From NCBI RefSeq assembly GCF_009834535.1, contig NC_045696.1:51958001-52022000 (forward strand): 64,000 bases of DNA. Reading direction: 5' to 3'. This DNA comes from Camelus ferus (Eukaryota). A program made the position numbers and the translations under genes. Every line of letters begins with the position of its first letter. Position 1 is the stretch's first letter. The notes under the pieces were generated by a model. That model was given only the letters and a program-made list of their open reading frames with translations, made no database searches and was not told where the DNA came from. Below are positions 56,122-64,000 of this stretch, piece by piece.

Positions 56122-56914
56122 AAAAGTTTTACTTTTTACTTTCCAATCTGGATACTTTTGATTTCTTTCTTTTCTGTTCTGTTTCTTTCTTTTATTCTTT
56201 CCTTGCTTTCTTTCCTCTTTTTCTTTTTATTTACATATTTTTCTTAGTTTCTGGGTAGAAACTCCAGTACAGTATTGAGCAGAAGAGGTGAGATCTGACA
56301 ACCCTGACTTGTTCCCAATCTTAGGGTTACACCAGTAGTTTCTCATTAGTAAGTATGAAATTAGTTGTCACGATTTTTATAGATGTCTTTTATCAGGTAT
56401 AGAGTTTTCTTCTATTCCTAGTCCACTGAAAGTTTGTCACAAATGGATACTGGATTTTCTGATATGTTTCTGGTGAATTTATTGCAATAATCATGTGGTT
56501 CTCTCCTTTATTCTACTAATATGGTATTTTACATTAATTAATTACTGGATGTTAAAGCAATCATACTCTGAGGTTAAATCCTACTTGGTCAAGGTGTAAA
56601 ATAATATTACAGTTGCTATATTTGGTTTGTGAATATTTTGCAGAGGATTTTGGTTTCTATATTTATGAGAAATGCTAGTTCTTTTCTTTCAATGTCTTTG
56701 TCTGGATTTGGTCTCAGGGTAATACTGTTCTAACAGAAGGCATTAAAAAGTATTCCTTCTTCCTCTACTTTTTGGAAAAGTTTGTGAAAGGTTGATATTA
56801 TTTCCCCTTGAAATATTGGATAGGGTATAGCATAGCCACTTGCATCCAGACTTTTCTTTGTGGAACTGACTTAAAAATTCCATCTTTTTACTATTATGTG
56901 TCTATTTGATTTTT

Positions 56915-57025
56915 CTATTTTTTTTTATTTTTTTAATTGAAGTACAGTCAATTATAATTTGTGAATTTCTGGTGTACAGCACAATGTCCCAGTCATGCAT
57001 ATACATACACATATTTGTTTTCATA
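56915..57025 (-). mobile_element. Very short lineage-specific L1 3' end, same family as 16772-17106
   Basis: T-rich tail then aattgaagtacagtcaattataatttgtgaatttctggtgtacagcacaatgtcccagtcatgcatata, near-identical to 16779-16846. Confidence 0.85.
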
Positions 57026-60000
57026 TATTTCTTCTTGAATCAGTTTTAGTAATTCGTACATTTCTAGAAGTTATACCATTTTATCTTAGTTGGAATACAT
57101 TTGTTCATATATTAACTTCTAATCTTTTAATTTCTATGGAGTTAGTCCCCTCTTTCATTTCTGATCTTGGTAATCTGTTATGCTTTCTTTTTCCTTGGTC
57201 AATCTAGCTAAATATCTGTCAATGTTGTTGGTCTTTTCAAAGAATCAACTTTTGGTTTCATTGATTTTTCTCTATTATTTCTTTGTTATCTATCTCACTG
57301 ATTTCTACTCTGATCTTATTATTTCCTTCGTTCTTCTTTAATTGACTTTTGTTAAACATTTATACCATATCTATGTTTACCTACATAATTATATTATTAG
57401 TGCTATCTATTTCTTTGGATGGATTTTAGTTACTGTTTGTTGTCATTTCTTCTCAGCCTAAAGGATTTCCTTCAGTATTTCTTGTAAGGCAGGTCTGCTA
57501 GCAATGAATTGCCTCAGTCCTTGTTTATCTTGCAATATCTTTATTACATCTTCATTTGGAGAACTGTTTTGCTGGATATAAAATTCTTGATTGCCATTTT
57601 TTCATCTGTTTTTCTTCAGCACTTTGACTATGTTATCCTTCTGCCTTCTGCCTTTAAATGTTTCAGAAGTCAATTGTTAATCATACTGTCATCCCCTGTA
57701 TTGAATTAGTCTTTTTATCTCTTGCTGCTTTCAAGAATTCCTCTTTTTATTTGGCTTTCTAAGTTTGACTATAATATGACTATGTATGGATCTTTTGTGT
57801 TTATCATACTTGGAGTTGTTGAGCTTCTCAAATGTGTAGATTAATGTTATTCATCATTTTGTTGAGTTTTTGGCTACTGTTACTTCAAATATCTTTTTTC
57901 TTGTCTTTCTTTCTCTGCTCCCCTCCTTCTCTCCCATTAGATCTATGTTAGTATGCTTGATGGTTTCTCATAGATCTCTGAAATTCATTTTCTTCATTTT
58001 TTTCTGTTCTTCAAGTGGAATAATTTCTACTGATTAATTTCAAGTTCACTGATTCTAATGTCTCAGATCTGCTATTGAGCCCCTCTAGAATATTTTTCAT
58101 TTTAATTATTGTACTTTTCAGGTCCAGAGTTTTTGTTTGTTTTTAAAATAGTTTCTATCTTTATATTAATACTATTTTATTTGAAGAGTAATTATAGTAA
58201 TATTTTATTTAATTATTTAACATGATTTCCTTTAATTATTTGAACATATTTACAATAGCTGCTTTCAAGTATTCATCTGCTAAATTCAACTTCTGCTCTT
58301 TCTCGCCCAAACTAGAGACAGTTTCTAAGCTAACACCCTTGGCTTATGAATATGTGTATGGGATAGGTAATGCATTCAAAGTTCAGTCAGCTTACAAGTC
58401 TTCCTTGGCTCTCACATTCCATTGGGCTCTCCTTTACCTCCTCATTGCAAAAGGCCTTAGGGTCAGCCTGAAGTATGTGAATATCTTGGACTTTCTCTGA
58501 TCTTTCCTGAAATATGTGTGCAGACTTCCAAACCACCAGGGATATGTGTTAGTTTATCAAGGCCCAATATAGCAATCTTCATATCCAGTTCTCCTTGTTA
58601 AACTTCTGGCTAATATGCTAGTCTATTGCCTGCCCCAATGTAAACCACACCTTAAGGCTAGCTATGACATTTACATTTCCTTTTTGTTTACCACTGAGGA
58701 TGCTACTACTTCTGACAACAGTCAGGCACGTGTGGTTTTTCACATTCTACTCTATCAAGTCAGCCACTTTCAGCAGCACAGTTGTGGATTTTCATGGCTT
58801 TCCCTGCCCTGGTAGAACTATTGTGCTGATGGAGTCTTGGGGAGGTGTAAGGAGTGGAGGTAGTCTCAAAATATCAGATCTCATTTATGCCTGTTGTCTC
58901 ATGATAATTGTTAATGTGGCTCCTTTTACTCTCAAAAATATCCAATTTGGGTAATATAATTCATAATATCCTTCTATATAGTGACCATAAACAACTTACA
59001 GTATTCCTTCAGCAAATGCCCATTGCCTAATTCTTTTCCTTGTAATGCAAGAATCAGTGGCACAGCTGCAGGAGTGTGTGTGTGTGTGTGGGGTAGGTGA
59101 GGAGGTCCAGCTGCTATGGAATGAGTTTCTATAATGGGTACATGTGTATAGAAAATCCTCAGTTGCCTGTCCCTCTACAGCTCTAGAAAGTCCAAAAGTT
59201 TTGGGGGATTAAGAATGTCTGTCAATTCTGAAAATCCTTAGTTAGGTTGGGCCATGAAAATTGGGAGGTAGGTGGAGGATGAGGGTGCCAAACTTCTCCC
59301 ACTGGAGATAAATAATTTTGCCTTACTTTATAAGAGCTGAGAGGAATCATTCAATGAGAAGAATTAGAATTACATGCTTTATAATCATTTGCTAGGAAAT
59401 TAAGAGCTTGACTGAACTGAAATAAATCCATTCCAAGCAACTGTGGAGAACACGTTATCTAGACTTAATCTTATATAAAATAGTGGCTCAGAGATCTCAC
59501 TAAAGAGGTCCAAATAATTACTTGGATCAGGTTAGTATTTACCAAATTACTCTCTCACAGTTTCCTGTCCCACTCAGTTTATATCTCCTTAGGAATATTC
59601 TAAGGGGATGACTCCTCTGGGAGCTTAAATAACTCTTGTAAATCAGAAAGGTCCCATATAGAAATAGGGAGTAAAATGCACTTTAAAAATTACTTTTGCT
59701 TTACATGATGATCCACAATAAAATTCCTTTGAGAATAGATTCTCCTAGAGCATTTAAATTATGAATAGATTTACAAAATCACTCCTATCACATAAAATGA
59801 GGTAAACATGTAATATCTGCTTCTAGGAATTTTCAAAACTTTTTTTCTTCAAAGAGACTTAAAGGAATGGGAAAATCAGCAAATGCTGCGCAGTAGAAAT
59901 TCAAAATGTATGATGTGTTAACTTTGAATACCTTATTGATATTTCTGGATCAACATTAATGCTTCACATTTACAAAGTGTTAAAGAAATCAAAGTATTCA

Positions 60001-60946
60001 CCAAGCTTTATCCAATTAAAATGTCATAATAATTCACCTTTGACCCAGGAATGTGTAACAGTAAACATTACTATTTATGTTTGGAAAACAAGGAATCTGA
60101 TCCATAAAAAAAAAAAACATGTGAACACCATATAAATTGTTTAAGGATGTGAGTAAGTCTGATAATGGAATATGTGACGAAATTCCATCACCTTGTATAT
60201 CAGTTAGGCAATATCCAGGCTATGACAAAGAAGAAACTTGGAACCTCCATCTCCCATTTGTCTGTATATTAAAGCAGAATCAAAATAAATGTTTAAAAAG
60301 ATTTTTTGGTCCTGTGAAATGATACTTCTCCAGCTAATCTTTCAGGTAAAGTGGATAGACATTTTTTAACTCTGTGTTTTTTTTAGGCTTTGCAATTTCT
60401 ATAAAACAATTTCAACCCCGCTCCTAACTTGATTACTATTTCTGCTATTACTTAACAAAGAATAGCTGTATTCTAAGTTTATTTCAAGTAATACAATCTA
60501 GAATTCAGAGTCATCCACATAACAATCAAAAGCATAACTTAGAGAAATAGTACATATAGGAAATTATCTGAAGGATGTTCAGTCCTTTCGTTGGAGTTCA
60601 GCATCTAGATATATTCTGAAATCTTCCTTTGAATAATACCGGAATGGAGTGTCATCTACCTAGTCTGTATTTTACGAGACTGAGTATACCAAATTGCACA
60701 TTACTGAAACGTTATCAACCTATGTTGAAGGTCACAACAGAAGTGGGCCTATAAAATACTCTTTGTTTCTCATGAAAGTAAATATTGATTATGATACATA
60801 TGATAAAATACAGTGATCCCTTTATATGCTGAAGAATATAATAGGAAAATATTTCTTTCTAGTCTTGATATCACCAATGTATTTCTTCAAAACATGTTAA
60901 GAATCTAATTTGTAAATGTATATAAGATGCTATATAGGATGCTTTA

Positions 60947-60966
60947 TACACACACACACACACACA
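60947..60966. repeat. (CA)n microsatellite
   Basis: Direct reading of the sequence. Confidence 0.9.
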
Positions 60967-61526
60967 TATAATGTCTAATTCTTGCCCCATTCTCATGTTT
61001 TTCCCTTGTTTACCCATTTTAGTTTTCATTTACTTCACTTACATAATTGACTTAAATTTTATTTACTCTCATTTGCATTAAAGTATGTATTTATATCATA
61101 TATCAATGTATCCTTTCAAAGTATATTTCTTTTTGTGACAAAGAGATATTCGTCTGTCTCTCTGTCTTTTTACCCACCTTTTCATGTATCAAGTAGTCTA
61201 AATTTACTATAGGATATCCCAAAATTTTAGGTGCAATTTCAAAATGTCAACCAAGATCTTCTAGGAACTGGACTTCATAAACTCATTTATACTTTTGTGG
61301 CAAATTCATTTCATTTTCTTCTAACCTCAATGCTACTCAAATCAGAAATCTGAAACAAAGTAATAGATTTGTATCATTAGAGTTCAAGCCTATATTAAAG
61401 CTTAGACAAGCAACTTTTTGCTAACTCACTTGAAGGTGATTCTTGGCCTTCTGTGCAAAACTAGAACAATTTGGAACCTATGGAGCAACAGCAGCTATTT
61501 TCAAATCATTAATAAAGCATATGACA

Positions 61527-61695
61527 TAGGGCAGCCATGACTAACTGTGTAGGTTGTGCCCTGTGCAAGGGCATCCAGTCCAGTGGTTTGCTCTACTATA
61601 GAAGCCATGCTCTCTGGCCCAGGCTACATCAGCTGAAACAAAGGATTTTCTTTAATAATTTGCACAAAGATGCAACCTTTGCCTAAGTTGTTCTA
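61527..61695. mobile_element. MER91-like hAT-Tip100 relic
   Basis: agggcagccat...tgtgtaggttgtgccctgtgcaagggc...ttgcacaaagatgc resembles MER91A. Confidence 0.65.
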
Positions 61696-63199
61696 AACCT
61701 CCGTACAAGTAACAGGAGCCCTTTATAACATGTTTCTATACTATTTCTAACAAAATAAAATTGATTGCATTGATATTTAGCTGGCTCCTTAGCTGTTACA
61801 TATTGCATAAATATTTGGGTAAGCCTCTAGTAATGACCTTACCACTTGAGTTTGAGTTTTCATGACTTGGACTAAGCAATGCCTTAAAAACAGAATGCTA
61901 GTTATAAGTACAGCTTTCCTCAAGGAGATTGACTTTGAAATAGCAGAGGAGGAAAAGGATGCTCCTAATACTATCTTTCTTGGTAGATGAAAACTACACA
62001 TCTTATATAAGATCATATTTTCAACACACTTAAAGTTTCCAAAGTAGAAGTGAGAAGCAGGTGCAAAGCATAATGCTATTCATATTGTTATTGTCTCCTC
62101 CAGTTTGGAATTTTCAAGCAATGAGAAAAATGACTGAAAAAAAAAAAAACTTCAGTAAGTTTTGAGACAATGCATTATTTGTATAATGGAACACTTTGCC
62201 CTTAAATTTAGTTCATGGCTTCCACGCTCCCTGGGAGATTTTATACAGTTAACTCTCAATGAATTATTTGCAAGTGGGCTATGTCTAACACATTTTACAT
62301 TAACTTTTTTTTTCTGACTATAAAATTAATACATACATATTGCAAAAAAATGTAAAATACAGAAATGTATAAGAAAAAGCTACAAACACCAAAAGTTTGA
62401 TGATACAGAGTCAATCAACGACTACTGGCACTTTGATATTTCATCCAAATGTGAAAAATTTTAATGTTTGGCTTTCTACTTTTCCCCTGTACAACACTAA
62501 GCTCCCTCCTATTTCCACTATTTGATATTTACTCAAACAACAGTAATTATTTTCTATAAATTAATTTAGTAACTAACCAAGTATGATTGTATTCCATAGG
62601 TCTGATATAGATTATTATTCATTCTTATTGTTCATTATTGCATGAGTTAGATTTTATCTGTTCATGCCCTATGAAGATTACTATGTATAACAAAGCATGA
62701 CATTACATGCTTTGTGTTAGACCATTTATGTTTCATAATATGGAGGTCAGAAATAGCCTCATTAACCCATGGAAAACAAAAATAGAATGGCAAATTTGAT
62801 GCTGAAAATCAAATATTATATACAAAGGCTGAAGAAAAATTATTTTAGATAACGCTCTTGCTTTTTATTTTTATTTTTACCATTGTTACCTCAAAACTAC
62901 AGCATTAGTATGGAAAACGGAGAGTCAGCTATGCTTATAAGGTAAAGCACCATCAAAGCCCCAGTGCATCTCTCCCAAGAGTCCAATCCGATTCTCTCTG
63001 AGGAGCTATCCTCCTTTGGTGAACTCTGTCCCGTAGAATTACATCATCTCCCATGGCTCAGATTATCTCCAATTTATAAAATGCTTTAACAAAAACTATT
63101 ATTAAGTGGGTTCTGTTATATATTCATATAACTTCCTCCCCACTTTGGTTTAGCATAGGAATACACACCACATCACTATGTGTTTCATTAAGACTGTTT

Positions 63200-63480
63200 C
63201 GATATAGTAATAAGCTGGAGAAATAGAGGAAGTATACTGGATGTAATTTATTTACATTTTAGTAAGACCTGAGATGAATGATACCACACAGGAAGCTCAT
63301 AGTGAGGTCAGGAAGAAATAGTGGCTGAAAAATGCCTTGAAGTTTGGAAGCTGTTAAGTATTATTTAATCAATAGTATTGCTTCTGAATTAAGATAGGAT
63401 AACAGTTCCACAGGGATAGGTATTGTGGTCTACGATAAACATTATTCAACGCAAGCATTAAAAATTTAGGGGGATATCAA
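63200..63480 (+). mobile_element. Ancient CR1/L3-clade LINE reverse-transcriptase relic
   Basis: 63234-63269 translates ILDVIYLHFSKT (cf. CR1 VDVIYLDFSKAFD); 63405 onward gives VPQG*VL (cf. GVPQGSVLGP), 165 nt downstream of the first D. Confidence 0.7.
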
Positions 63481-64000
63481 TTTTCAAAAATATGATAAAT
63501 TTTAAGGTTATAACTTAGAACATATATCAAAAGCTAAAGTTTAAAATGCATGGGCCTATGATATAAAAGTCCCATCAAAGCCCAAATGGTGGGACTACTC
63601 TTCTTTAATATACGAAAGCTTATTTATTGTTAGAATTCCCCTTTAGTAGAGATGCTAGCTTCGGGTTAGTATTTGATTTCTGCTACTTTGCATGTTAATT
63701 CTTTTATGAATGATTCTAAAAATCAGAGCAAGTCCTTTAATGAAATGAGAAATTCAGAAAGCAATGATCTTCAGTCTACAATTATAGTAGCTTGCATTAT
63801 TTCTATTTCTAAACTGAGCAGGCTCACATTTGTGTAAGAAAAATCATCACTGGCAATATTTCAGAGATTAATGTGTGTGACATTTGTCTATTCAGTGTTG
63901 TTCCAAAAAGAAAAAAAAATTGTGAAAAGGTAAATATAATTTTCAAGCAGAAAGTGAGAAAATAATGGTAAAGATATAATAACAATAGGTAACGCATGAA

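Larger units (their letters stand above)
51950..58820 (-). mobile_element. Old, internally deleted L1M element (3' UTR, ORF2 and ORF1-region relics) hosting three later insertions
   Basis: Colinear degenerate L1 sequence: 3' UTR at ~52.0-52.5 kb, ORF2 relics at 52.5-54.07 and 56.12-57.35 kb, ORF1-region motif tttcttgtaaggcaggtctgctagcaatgaat at ~57.48 kb. Confidence 0.85.

Noticed and set aside
55032..56258. Plus-strand ORFs (146, 65 and 75 aa) overlapping the L1
   Set aside because: Antisense shadows of L1 ORF2 with no independent coding evidence.
60692..60706. attgcacattact resembling part of miR-32; also tattgcact at 2611 resembling the miR-92 5' end
   Set aside because: Only 9-13 nt match and no precursor hairpin is evident; expected by chance.

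Overview
AT-rich, CpG-depleted eutherian mammal genomic DNA, either intronic or intergenic. I recognise no host protein-coding gene, structural RNA gene or CRISPR array. The window is a mosaic of ancient repeats (MIR, L2, a CR1/L3 relic, hAT MERs, a Tigger1 derivative, MLT1 solo LTRs, L1M fragments), a few lineage-specific L1 3' ends and simple repeats, with several unique CpG-retaining patches that look like regulatory or conserved non-coding elements. The young L1 3' ends resemble camelid L1s as I recall them, and no Alu, BovA/B, PRE1 or Can-SINE is evident, so a camelid-like artiodactyl is suggested (inference, not verified). The only protein-like ORFs are the C-terminal ~570 codons of a young 5'-truncated L1 ORF2 (minus strand, 54410-56120). 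The most notable structure is that this young L1 sits inside an old L1 and is truncated at the position homologous to its insertion site (the RT Y/FADD motif), with a 16-bp TSD. A few candidate exons, one promoter-like region and some motif clusters are reported at low confidence. I found no evidence of a new biological system. Repeat subfamily names come from memory of consensus sequences, and boundaries of old repeats are approximate.
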